DNA of 64,000 nt from assembly GCA_052279835.1 (NCBI GenBank), contig CP181291.1, forward strand, positions 5,792,001 to 5,856,000, given 5' to 3'. Positions 21,052-31,300 of this stretch are shown here, in pieces. The notes below the pieces were generated by a model. It had not been told where the DNA came from. It ran no database searches and was given only the letters and a program-made list of their open reading frames with translations. Both the position numbers and the translations under genes were made by a program. The stretch comes from Microcoleus sp. (GTDB lineage: Bacteria; Cyanobacteriota; Cyanobacteriia; Cyanobacteriales; Microcoleaceae). Position 1 is the first letter of the stretch. Each line of letters opens with the position of its first letter.

Positions 21052-23973
21052 TCAACCATTTCCCTGCAATTTTTGCCAAGTCTTGGGAAACTCAGCTTTA
21101 TTTTGACATATAACCGGCAACCAGCTAACACCGGGAATTTGCCCGTCATAATTATCTTTCAGATGCTTTCGGGCTTCTCTCACGGAAACATAAAAAGAAT
21201 CGCCACCAGCAAAGGCTTGGAGAAAAGCTTTCAAAAACTTCTGGGCGATTAAATCAGGCACTGGTTCCCGCATCACTATAATTTGAGGGATATCTAAATC
21301 GGCTAATTGCTTCCCCAATCCTAAACCATCGCAAGAGTTAAAGATTGCTATTTCCAAACCCTTTTCAATAGCTATTTTCAAGGAGTATTTTAACTGTTCC
21401 ACGGTTAACTTATCTTTATTATTGATCCAAATTACCCCCGTACTCCCATCTACTTCGCTCTTGCTGTGACCCGAAAAACACAAGATATCCCAGCCTATTT
21501 TATCAGTGAGATGTTCCTCAAGTTCCCTGGGATTTGGTTTTTCCAAAAATATTGTTTCGGCTCCTTGCAAATTCTCCAAAATTTGCCTATCTTCATCGAG
21601 ATTAATTCCTGTACTGTCGCCCAAAACTGCCAATATTCTTACTTTTTTTCTAGAGCGTACTGATTTTTTAACTCTGTTAGATACTTTGCGACTTAAAGCT
21701 ACTTCTGCTTTACCGTAGCTCTCAAAAAATTCCCATTGATGCCAGGGGAGTTTTCGCAGTAAATTATCTTCTGTTTGGATGATTACCCGCACCTCATCAT
21801 TGTGGTTTAACTTGTCGCACAATTCTTGCTGGATAGGGTGAAATTCTTCTGATTTCAGCCAATTTTTTACATCCATTTCTACTTTTTCAGCTTGGTTTTT
21901 TAGCGTATCTATAGAAAAATTAGTGATTTGACCTTTGTTTACTTTTATGGCACGGTTGTTTAGATTGTCGTTGAGAAGTTCATAGGTTTTTTGCCACTTT
22001 TGATAATTTTCTGAAATTTCTGGTTTTGGTGGCAATTTGCCTTTTAATGTTATCTCTAAACGCTGGCGATCGCACAAAATACCAGCACTCACCTCAAACC
22101 CTTGTTTTAAGTCACCACCCTCCAATTTTAATAATACTACTTGCTCAGACAATGGTCTGACTATATCCTCTATTGCTGATAGCAAGTATTGGCGCTGTTC
22201 TGCTGAGTTTTCCAGGGCAGGTGCTTCTGTTCCTAACACTTGTATCGCTGCTTGATAGAAACTATTGAAATCATTGTTAATTTTTGCTTTATCGGTTTCA
22301 GGAGGTACGCCGATTTTAATGACTATTCCATTGCCTTTATTTTCAACACTTTGAATATTGAGTTTTATGCCAGGATTTTCTCGTTGCACCTGTTGGAAAG
22401 ATTCCATGAAAGCTTTCCAGTCAACACCGTACTTAAAAATCAAGTCAACTGTATTTACAACTTCTGCAAAAAAGGTAGTAAATTCTCCTGGTTGATATTC
22501 GCCAATGCTGGGACGGCGTTCGCGATCGTCCGTTCCCGGTTTCGGTTCTTCTAGTAAATAAACCCACCTACAATCAACCCATTCTAGTTTGGTAGTGCTG
22601 TCAATATTCCAAGTTCCTAAACCGCAAACAGCAGTCATTTGGGCACTACTAAAATCAGTACCGATCGCCTGAACTTGACTTAAAATTGCATATTCTAAAT
22701 TAGCTGCTTCTAAAGTGGCTTGACTGAGGTCTGCTGTTTGCAGTTTAGCATAACTGAGGTTTGCACCTATCAAGTTTGCTCCTCTCAAATCCATGCCTTG
22801 ATAGGATTTGTGATAACCGTTGCCGGTGACAAGCAACTCTCGCACTGCGGGATTGATTAATATTGTCTCATCGACTCTTGCCCAGTCGAGACAACGAGCC
22901 TGATGCCACATAGTTCGGTGGATATTTGCCAATCTAAAATCGGTGTTTTTGAGGGTGGCATAGCTGAAGTTAGTATGGGCTAATTTAGTATTACGAAAAC
23001 TTGTGCCACCTGTCGCACCAATGACGATGGCAAACTGGCGAATTACGGCATATTTATCATCTTCGGCTAAAACTCTCTTAGTAATGTAAGTTCCTAATAA
23101 GATTAAAGCTACAGCTAACATGACTGCTGTGGCGATCGCCGCAATAACTACAAACGGATCGGCAAAGTTTTTGACACAATTATTCAGGAAGTCATAGCAT
23201 TTATTGTTTGTGTTGTCAACTACTCCATTCTGGATTAATACAGATGCTTTTAAATATCTCAAGGAATTTCTGGCAATAATTCCGGTGGCGATCGCACTTA
23301 TAGCCACAGCTTCAAATAAAGCCAATGCTGCAATCGTCCTCCCCAGAACAATTTCAGCCAATGTTAGGGCTAAAGGAAGAGCGACAAGTGCGATCGTAGT
23401 TGCAACCACAGCCGCAGTTAAAGTCACAATTAAAAACGGAGTATCGTTAGCCTTCGTTTCGCCAGACAAGGCACTCATTAAGGCACCAGTTCTAAAAGAC
23501 CTTAACCACGAAAGTATGGGATGTTTATCATTGGAGAATGCAGAGAGAACACCAATTAGAGGTACAAAAATAGCAGCGGCAATACCTAAATAATCTAAAG
23601 CTTTTTGTATGCCTTGACGAATCATCGTAGTCAACAGAATAGCATTGACTAATAAGATGATTGCAGTTGGCAGAAAACCGATATTTTCCGTTGTTTTGGG
23701 GATGAGAGATTTGAAGGTACTATCAACAGCAATTACAGCAGCTATGCCTGATATTGCCGAGAGCAGTGCTACAATTAAAAAGATGTTGATTTGGGATTTT
23801 CTGGCTATTCCGCAGCGAGCGCAATGGAAATTAGCTCCATCGAGAGTTGCATTGGTAAAATCTGCACCTCGGATATCTGCATTGGAGAAATCTATATTAG
23901 CTAGATCGAGGCCTTTAAAAGAACGACCTTGAAGATTTTGATGGCGAAAGTTTTGAAAGGTTAATGATGACAT
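21052..23973 (-). CDS. Pentapeptide-repeat, multi-TM, CHAT protease protein
   Basis: A(D/N)(L/F)xx repeats flanking several hydrophobic helices; LPWHQW, FSGHS (His), IFNSCDG (Cys), VMREPVPD, SWLPV. Confidence 0.9.
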   Translation of the reverse strand: MSSLTFQNFRHQNLQGRSFKGLDLANIDFSNADIRGADFTNATLDGANFHCARCGIARKSQINIFLIVALLSAISGIAAVIAVDSTFKSLIPKTTENIGFLPTAIILLVNAILLTTMIRQGIQKALDYLGIAAAIFVPLIGVLSAFSNDKHPILSWLRSFRTGALMSALSGETKANDTPFLIVTLTAAVVATTIALVALPLALTLAEIVLGRTIAALALFEAVAISAIATGIIARNSLRYLKASVLIQNGVVDNTNNKCYDFLNNCVKNFADPFVVIAAIATAVMLAVALILLGTYITKRVLAEDDKYAVIRQFAIVIGATGGTSFRNTKLAHTNFSYATLKNTDFRLANIHRTMWHQARCLDWARVDETILINPAVRELLVTGNGYHKSYQGMDLRGANLIGANLSYAKLQTADLSQATLEAANLEYAILSQVQAIGTDFSSAQMTAVCGLGTWNIDSTTKLEWVDCRWVYLLEEPKPGTDDRERRPSIGEYQPGEFTTFFAEVVNTVDLIFKYGVDWKAFMESFQQVQRENPGIKLNIQSVENKGNGIVIKIGVPPETDKAKINNDFNSFYQAAIQVLGTEAPALENSAEQRQYLLSAIEDIVRPLSEQVVLLKLEGGDLKQGFEVSAGILCDRQRLEITLKGKLPPKPEISENYQKWQKTYELLNDNLNNRAIKVNKGQITNFSIDTLKNQAEKVEMDVKNWLKSEEFHPIQQELCDKLNHNDEVRVIIQTEDNLLRKLPWHQWEFFESYGKAEVALSRKVSNRVKKSVRSRKKVRILAVLGDSTGINLDEDRQILENLQGAETIFLEKPNPRELEEHLTDKIGWDILCFSGHSKSEVDGSTGVIWINNKDKLTVEQLKYSLKIAIEKGLEIAIFNSCDGLGLGKQLADLDIPQIIVMREPVPDLIAQKFLKAFLQAFAGGDSFYVSVREARKHLKDNYDGQIPGVSWLPVICQNKAEFPKTWQKLQGNG

Positions 23974-24020
23974 ATATAAGAAGGAAGGAAGAAGGAAGAA
24001 GGAAGAAAAGCTGTTTTACT

Positions 24021-24455
24021 CCTCGTTTCCAGGCTCTGCCTGGAAATGCAGATCTAGAGGCTCTGCCTCATGGGATGGAAGAAGAGGCAGAGCCTCTGGA
24101 TCTGCGTTACTAGGCAGAGCCTAGTAACGAGGAAACGAGGAAAGCCTAGTCAATCTTATGTTTGTCTCGTTTGTCTCGTTTCCAGGCTCTGCCTGGAAAT
24201 GCAGATCTAGAGGCTCTGCCTCATGAGATGGAAGAAGAGGCAGAGCCTCTGGATCTCCGTTACTAGGCAGAGCCTAGTAACGAGGAAACGAGGAAAGCCT
24301 AGTCAATCTTATGTTTGTCTCGTTTCCAGGCTCTGCCTGGAAATGCAGATCTAGAGGCTCTGCCTCATGAGATGGAAGAAGAGGCAGAGCCTCTGGATCT
24401 CCGTTACTAGGCAGAGCCTAGTAACGAGGAAACGAGGAAAGCCTAGTAACGAGGA
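24021..24455. repeat. Three tandem ~150 bp palindromic units (CTCGTTTCCAGGCTCTGCCTGGAAATG...GGCAGAGCCTAGTAACGAG)
   Basis: Directly visible; related family at 54138-54455. Confidence 0.9.
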
Positions 24456-24469
24456 ATGTAATTTTATTC

Positions 24470-24531
24470 TCAGTCCTCTTAGGAGGACTTTAGCTTTGAG
24501 GCAGGGGTTAAAACCCCTGCCTGACTACAAA
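24470..24531. repeat. Dispersed palindromic repeat (CAGTCCTCT..GAGGACTTTAGCT..GAGGCAGGGGTTAAAACCCCTGCC)
   Basis: Same family at 27856-27916, 28102-28154 and 42646-42850. Confidence 0.75.
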
Positions 24532-25445
24532 CTACAAACGGAAAGATTGCCTAACATTTGCATCTCCTAACACGATATTAATGCTGAACAATTCCCTTAA
24601 ATCTGGAGTAAATTCAAATTTAATAAAGTTGTCAGCTTTTCTCGATTCTACCTGATAAAGTAGTTCTTCTGACTCATTCATCAGCATCAACTTTAACCCT
24701 GGTGGCAAATAAGTTTGGTTTCCCATTGGATGCACTGCTATCTCAATCTTCACTTCTAGCTCTGGTTCTGGGGGGAGACTGACTATTAGTGCTACGGAGT
24801 TTTCTGCTAGTTGCATTCCTAGGTCAATTTTCTGACCGCGATCGATGGGTAATGCGTTGTTGCTTCTAAAAGAGCGAAATTGCATTTTTTTGGGGTTTAA
24901 TAGCTCGTCAACTACTTGCCATCCCGCATCAAAAACATCGTCAAACCAGTTCATTAAATTAATTGGTTTTAGTTGTTTGATTCGATTCATGTAGACGAGC
25001 AAATCTTCGAGGGAATTCAGTGAACTCAGAGGCACTTGTTTAGCTACTGTTCTGGTAAATCCTAACAGCGTTGCTTGTTTCAAAGATTGGTCTAACTGTA
25101 CGGCTACATAACCAATTCTGTCTCCCCAAGCATCGTAGGAAATCTGACAAGCGTCGGCATCTGGCAAGACGGGACAGCATTCTATTTTTCCTACTTGTTT
25201 AATGTGTAAATCTGCTACATCCATCAGTTTCAGCATTAACGGATTGCGGCTGTCGCTAGCGGGCCAATCTGTTTCAAATCCCATGCAGCGCAGGTAAGAA
25301 TCTACTGCATATACTGCGAGGGTATTAAGATAAACTTGTTTTAATTTTTCGGACTCGATTGTTGGCTGCACTGTTGGGCAATTTCGTGTGCTTCAAAGGA
25401 TAGTGGGACTGTGAAAGTTATTGGTTCAATCATTTTACTCATCAT
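24532..25445 (-). CDS. DUF1822 family protein with an N-terminal frameshift near 25345-25349 (pseudogene or sequencing error)
   Basis: KQVYLNTLAVYAV, DVADL, DRIGYVAVQL, LLGF, YLPPGLKL; the typical N-terminus TFTVPLSFEAHEIAQQ lies in another frame and one extra A in an A5 run would rejoin them. Confidence 0.85.
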
Positions 25446-25470
25446 TAATTTCTCCGCTTCCGCTCAAGTC

Positions 25471-26130
25471 CTACTGTAATTTATTACGAATGTAATCTGA
25501 AAAATTCCGCAGATTTCGGTCAAAAAAACTTTGGAGTGTGGAAATGGTTTTGGTCGGGTGAAATCTTTGAGCTATGGTCTCCCATGTTTCATCATCTAAT
25601 CTAGCTAAAGTTATGATTTGCCAAGTGATATCGGGACGATTTCTGATGGTTGTATTTCGGAAAATACGATCGGGATCTTCTGCTATCAATTCACGCAGTC
25701 TTTGGGTATCTTCCATCATTTGCATCTGGGGATAGTTTTGTTGATAAATATCGGATTCTTCTTGTTCAAATTTTTCTAAGTCATCTATCGATAAACATTT
25801 AATTCTTGTTTCTCTTCTATATCGATTGCACACATCTCTAAATCTAAAGTTAAAGAAGTGATTCACCCAAGCCATGACTGGTTTTTGTGAATCATAGATG
25901 TCAATGTTTTGACAGATGTATTCAACTATTTTCAACCGAGCTTCGCTGTAAATGTCTTCGTAAAGATGAAGAATGCTGTCATCACCTATGTGGGGACGAG
26001 TAAGTCTGTTATGACGGTAAATTTGGTCGATTAGTTTGGTTAATGCTATCTGTCGCTCTTGGCTTCCGGCTGGGTGCTGTTGAGCTTCTAGGGCTAGCTG
26101 TCGAAGCTGCAAATCAATTTCGTCTTCCAT
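25471..26130 (-). CDS. Sigma-70 family (ECF/HetZ-like) protein
   Basis: QLRQLALEAQQHP.GS.ERQIAL, CQNIDIYD, VMAWVN region-2-like segment and C-terminal HTH WETIAQRF...ISTLQSFF; adjacent to DUF1822. Confidence 0.75.
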   Translation of the reverse strand: MEDEIDLQLRQLALEAQQHPAGSQERQIALTKLIDQIYRHNRLTRPHIGDDSILHLYEDIYSEARLKIVEYICQNIDIYDSQKPVMAWVNHFFNFRFRDVCNRYRRETRIKCLSIDDLEKFEQEESDIYQQNYPQMQMMEDTQRLRELIAEDPDRIFRNTTIRNRPDITWQIITLARLDDETWETIAQRFHPTKTISTLQSFFDRNLRNFSDYIRNKLQ

Positions 26131-26262
26131 CTGGATCTCCTCACTCCTCTGGGCATTTTTATGCAGTTTGTTGGAACCTCTATTTATATTTCGGATTTTG
26201 CGGCTATTTTTTACGCATTGAGGGGGAAATTGTTACAAAAATTTATGTTTTAGGGGTTTTGG

Positions 26263-26312
26263 AAAAAAAGTTTTGAGGTTTGCGGAAAAAGTTTGGGTGG
26301 ATTTCGTAAGTA
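26263..26312 (+). promoter_or_regulatory. ECF-type promoter motif, copy 1 (AAAAAAAGTT-N6-TTTGCGGAAAAAGTT-N5-GGATTTCGTAAGTA)
   Basis: Same 39 fixed positions and spacing at 28204-28253; GGAA-N17-CGTAA geometry. Confidence 0.7.
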
Positions 26313-26450
26313 GGAATAGGGGGCGATTTCCTGGGGTATGGCTTTGCTGGCGCGGGCTTTTGGGGGAAAGGGCGATCGTCCTCCGCAACTGTTGTTTTGA
26401 TGCAAGGGCGATCGGGTTCTATGTATTTTATTCAAACTGAGGTAAAACTA

Positions 26451-27833
26451 ATGCCATCAATTTCAAATTTGTTTGTCCGAGGAAGTTTCTGGAGTCTAGT
26501 ATTGGGATTGAGTTGTGGAATTGCCGCACCGGGATTAGCTGCAAAAACTGTGACTATTTTGGATGGAACTAATCCAGTTGAAGTTGCTGACTTAGAAAAA
26601 TTGGCAAAGACAGGCAAGGTATCTCTTAGCTTACTGGATTGGACAGAGGTTTTATCAATACCTACTAGCCAAAATGACGAATCGATATCACTGATAGTGC
26701 AAAAACAACTAAACCAAACGATAAGTGTCGATTCAAATAATCCACAATCCGTGGCTAAGTTAGGAAACGAATTAAAAAAAAATTTGCAATTGTTGCAACC
26801 TGGTATCACAGATGCAGAAGTACAAGAAGCTGCGACATTGCTGGCTCAGAAGGCTAATAACCTGACTGTCATGGATTTGTTAACAAAATTGCCAGTAGAT
26901 AACTTGACAGCAGACAATTTTATTAATGCGCTCAAAAAAATGCCTTATCCTCCGAAGACACCATCGACAACAAACATTCTTTACCTGAATTCAACTCGTG
27001 GCCCTGGTACTGGAAATTTAGGAGCTTTTCGCGGGGCGATCGCTAATACCTTAGAAAATTATCAGGGCGGAACAGTATTCGATGTTGATTTCGTTCAGAC
27101 TCAGGTTCCTGGCAGCCTCGGATTATCGCTCAATGCTAAGCCTGTTGGGTTTTACAACCAAATTTGGTTCGACACGAGTATTTATCAAACATCGCTTTTG
27201 AACGCAGTAGATTTTGGCGCGATTAATGCTTGGGCGGCGAACAAGCAGCCAGAATTCATTCTAGACAGTTCCTTCGCTTTCCGCAACAAAGAAACTACGA
27301 CCCTCACTCCTTCAGCGACAGCAGCAACAATCAACCAAGCCTTAGCTCTTAAAAATGCAGGGGGCGGTATTCTAATTGGTACGGATCATAATGATTTTGC
27401 TTACACTGCCAACCAAATTTTGACTAACTTCGGTTTCGATGGTTTGTTTACTGGTGCTGAGAATATCAGCGCTAATGGTTATTTTGTTGGTAATTTACTG
27501 CTGAATCCTCAGCCTGTAGGATCTGACTTTTTTTTCAATAATTTGCAGGGACTTTCGACCACCAATGTTCCTATCGGGACTCATGTTCTCAATGCTAACG
27601 GTGGCGATCGAACTATCAAAATTATCGAGAACCTATTTTCCTATAGTCCTAATAAAGTTGTCCATGTCGGTGCTAGTTTCGATACGGGAAACAACACAAC
27701 TCCGATTGATAACCCGGAGTCAGTTCCCGAACCGACTACTGTGTTGGGTACTTTAGCTTTTGGTGCTGTTGTTTCCAGTTGGCGGATGAAGCGGAAGCAG
27801 CAACAGAAAGTTTTGAATTCAACGGTTGCTTAA
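26451..27833 (+). CDS. Secreted PEP-CTERM protein, N-terminal region DUF1400-like
   Basis: GAGG RBS before ATG 26451, signal peptide, C-terminal VPEPTTVLG + TM + RMKRK. Confidence 0.88.
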   Translation: MPSISNLFVRGSFWSLVLGLSCGIAAPGLAAKTVTILDGTNPVEVADLEKLAKTGKVSLSLLDWTEVLSIPTSQNDESISLIVQKQLNQTISVDSNNPQSVAKLGNELKKNLQLLQPGITDAEVQEAATLLAQKANNLTVMDLLTKLPVDNLTADNFINALKKMPYPPKTPSTTNILYLNSTRGPGTGNLGAFRGAIANTLENYQGGTVFDVDFVQTQVPGSLGLSLNAKPVGFYNQIWFDTSIYQTSLLNAVDFGAINAWAANKQPEFILDSSFAFRNKETTTLTPSATAATINQALALKNAGGGILIGTDHNDFAYTANQILTNFGFDGLFTGAENISANGYFVGNLLLNPQPVGSDFFFNNLQGLSTTNVPIGTHVLNANGGDRTIKIIENLFSYSPNKVVHVGASFDTGNNTTPIDNPESVPEPTTVLGTLAFGAVVSSWRMKRKQQQKVLNSTVA

Positions 27834-27855
27834 TTTTGAGATATTTCACTTCGTT

Positions 27856-28154
27856 GTAGTCCGTCGGGGGTTTAAACCCCCGCCTCATAGCGAAAGTCCT
27901 CTGAAGAGGACTGAAGAGTTGATTACATATTTCCAATAAAAACATCATATCAATTCCGTTAGCATCGGAATTATTAATCTCTCTCTTCTCTTCCTTTGCG
28001 TCCTTTGCGCCTTCGCGGTTAAATCATTCCGATGCAACCGGAAACGATATCACATATTCTGGTCACGTTCAGGTGAAAACAGAAATTATACCGGTGTCTA
28101 TTAGTCCTCTTTAGAGGACTTTAGCTATGAGCCAGGGACTTGAGTCCCTGGCGG
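27856..28154. repeat. Cluster of dispersed palindromic repeats between the PEP-CTERM gene and the giant gene
   Basis: Inverted pair of the AGTCCTCT..AGAGGACT family enclosing a copy of the 9953-type element. Confidence 0.7.
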
Positions 28155-28203
28155 CCTTTCGGGTGAAGTCGAGACTAATAAACATCTTACGATCGCCGTT
28201 TCA

Positions 28204-28253
28204 AAAAAAAGTTCCAAGATTTGCGGAAAAAGTTGAGCCGGATTTCGTAAGTA
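28204..28253 (+). promoter_or_regulatory. ECF-type promoter motif, copy 2
   Basis: Matches 26263-26312; ~100 nt upstream of the AGGAG RBS and ATG 28355. Confidence 0.7.
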
Positions 28254-28354
28254 ATAACAAGAGGCCGATCGCATTTTTGGCAATATTGGCTTTGGCTGAA
28301 TTTGGTTTCATTATATCACTTTTAATTCAATCCCAGACTAGGAGTGCAATTTCA

Positions 28355-31300
28355 ATGGCTACCACAAATGAAGTTTCCAGCAACCAGCTCATCGATGTTT
28401 TGATAACTGACACTTTACCGGGAAGTGCAGCCAAAAATTCCATCCTCAATCCTTTAAGCAGCAGCAACAGTCAAAATATTGGCGGCAGTGCTTTAATTGA
28501 CAGCAAAACTCAGCCCGTTGTTGAAGCAGACAAGCTATCCACTCCCAGTGATGCTCTCAATTCAAAAAGTGCGATTGCGGAACCCAATAGCAAAAAAATA
28601 GATGATTCATTAATTGTTTCGGACACTCTAAAAGGCGGTTTAAGCGGCTCAGCCAGCACCAGTATTAGTCAGGAAACTCTATCTTCCAGTCCTGGTACAG
28701 ATGTCAAAGATACCCTGACTGGAAGCACAAAAGATGCACAGTTAGTTGTGATTAAAGGCGATACTATTACAGCAACTGATTCCTTGACTAATCCTCAGAG
28801 TGTGGAGAAGATAGCATCTGATAAAACTCCCGATACCTTAGCGGATAAAGAAACTAAGCCAGAAATTGCGATCGCCCCAAATACCTCTGTCACAGAATCC
28901 AAACCAGCAACGACTACCTTAGCTGAAAAAGAAACTAAGACAGAAATTGCGATCGCCCCAAATACCTCTGTCGCAGAATCCAAACCAGCAACGACTACCT
29001 TAGCCGAGAAAGAAACTAAGACAGAAATTGCGATCGCCCAAACTACCTCTGTCACAGAATCCAAACCAGCAACGACTACCTTAGCTGAAAAAGAAACTAA
29101 GACAGAAATTGCGATCGCCCCAAATACCTCTGTCACAGAATCCAAACCAGCAACGACTACCTTAGCTGAAAAAGAAACTAAGACAGAAATTGCGATCGCC
29201 CCAAATACCTCTGTCGCAGAATCCAAACCAGCAACGACTACCTTAGCCGAGAAAGAAACTAAGACAGAAATTGCGATCGCCCCAAATACCTCTGTCGCAG
29301 AATCGAAACCAGCAACAACGGTTACAGAAGCTAGTAAAACCGATAAATCAACAACAGACAAACCAGCCAATACTGTCGCCGATATCAGCAAAAATAGCAA
29401 CCACGAAAGCTCTCAATCTACCACACAAACAGAAAATAAAGCTGTAGAAAAAACTGAAATCTCAGTAATAGAAGCATCCAAAGAACCAAATACAATTTCT
29501 ACAAATCCAAATATCGTAGCAGCAAACAACCCTTTTGTATCTGGAAAATTTATTGTTGATTCAAAAGGTCAAGTGGGCATAGATTTTGTATTTGATGGTG
29601 GTTTGTATAAGGGTCAGCTAGCCATCTTCAGCCTCAAAGGTATGGAAAAGTTTGTACCTGGTTCAGAAGAATTTATCAAAGAAATAGCTTCAAGAGCACT
29701 TAGTAACTCTGCCAAAGGTCATGTAGTAATTAATGACTTGAGTGAAGGTGCAAAATTTACTGGTAATTTACCCGAAGGCAATTCTAATGAAGGAACTTAC
29801 TTAGGAGTTAAGACTTTTGCGATGACTCCGGGTGAAGAATTTGGGGTGATGTTAGTGCCGAATGGGACTGTACAAGAAGTTTTGAATAATCCGGCGATCG
29901 GAGGAGACAAACTTCCTTTATTTTCAATGGCTACGGCGAATCCAAATCAGGCGTTTCAGGTAGGACAAATTGCTGATGTAACAGGGGATGGAAACACCTT
30001 TGCAATGGAGGATATGCGGGTCGATTTAGGGAGCGATCGCGATTATAATGACTTCGTATTTCAGGTGCGGGGTGCTAAGGGTAATGCGGTGCGGTTGAAT
30101 GATGTGATTAATCCTGATAAAGATTGGCGCAAAACAGATATGGGTCAGGCTTTGATTGCTTATGCTAAGCCTTACGTTGAACCGAAGTTAGAGCCTGAAA
30201 AAGAGGATGCAAAACCTGTAAACAATGCTCCTTCTGGTTCGGTTTTGGATGTTCCAATTTCTGATATTGCAGGTGATTCAAATGCTGAGGATAAAAAGGC
30301 GATCGCGCCTGTTTCTCCTGCTACTGAATCTGTCGATAAAACTGAAGTTGCTACTTCAGATAAGGCTGTAACGCCTGCGGTGAAGATTGAAGAGGATAAA
30401 AAGGCGATCGCACCTGTTTCTCCTGCTGCTGAATCTGTGTCTAAAACTGAAGTTGTTACTTCAGATAAGGCTGTAACGCCAGCGGTGAAGATTGAAGAGG
30501 ATAAAAAGGCGATCGCACCTGTTTCTCCTGGTACTGAATCTGTCGATAAAACTGAGGTTGCTACTTCAGATAAGGCTGTAACGCCTGCGGTGAAGATTGA
30601 AGAGGACAAAAAGGCGATCGCACCTGTTTCTCCTGGTGCTGAATCTGTCGAGAAAACTGAGGTTGCTACTTCCGAAACAACTGTAACGCCTGCGGTGAAG
30701 ATTGAAGAGGAAAAAAAGGCGATCGCACCTATTTCTCCTGCTGCTGAATCTGTGTCTAAAACTGAAGTTGTTACTTCAGATAAGGCTGTAACGCCAGCGG
30801 TGAAGATTGAAGAGGATAAAAAGGCGATCGCACCTGTTTCTCCTGGTACTGAATCTGTCGATAAAACTGAGGTTGCTACTTCAGATAAGGCTGTAACGCC
30901 AGCGGTGAAGATTGAAGAGGACAAAAAGGCGATCGCACCTATTTCTCCTGCTGCTGAATCTGTCGAGAAAACCGCAGTTGTTACTTCGGAAACAAGTGTA
31001 GCGCCAGTGGTGAAGATTGAAGAGGACAAAAAGGCGATCGCACCTATTTCTCCTGCTGTTGAATCTGTCGAGAAAACCGCAGTTGTTACTTCGGAAACAA
31101 GTGTAGCGCCAGTGGTGAAGATTGAAGAGGATAAAAAGGCGATCGCACCTGTTTCTCCTGGTACTGAATCTGTATCGAAAACCGAAGTTCAGACTTCCGA
31201 GACAAGTATAAAGCTGGTGGTGGAAATTGCAGAGGATAAAAAGGCGATCGCACCTGTTTCTCCTGGTACTGAATCTGTATCGAAAACCGAAGTTGTTACT

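Noticed and set aside
24021..24455. Tandem palindromic units as a second CRISPR array
   Set aside because: Whole ~150 bp units repeat with no unique spacers; same for 54138-54455 and 48390-48630
28127..28354. Start of the giant ORF at 28127
   Set aside because: The extension runs through a dispersed repeat and the promoter motif; ATG 28355 has an AGGAG RBS
28795..31029. Antisense ORFs of 201 and 285 aa
   Set aside because: Shadows of the intragenic tandem repeats
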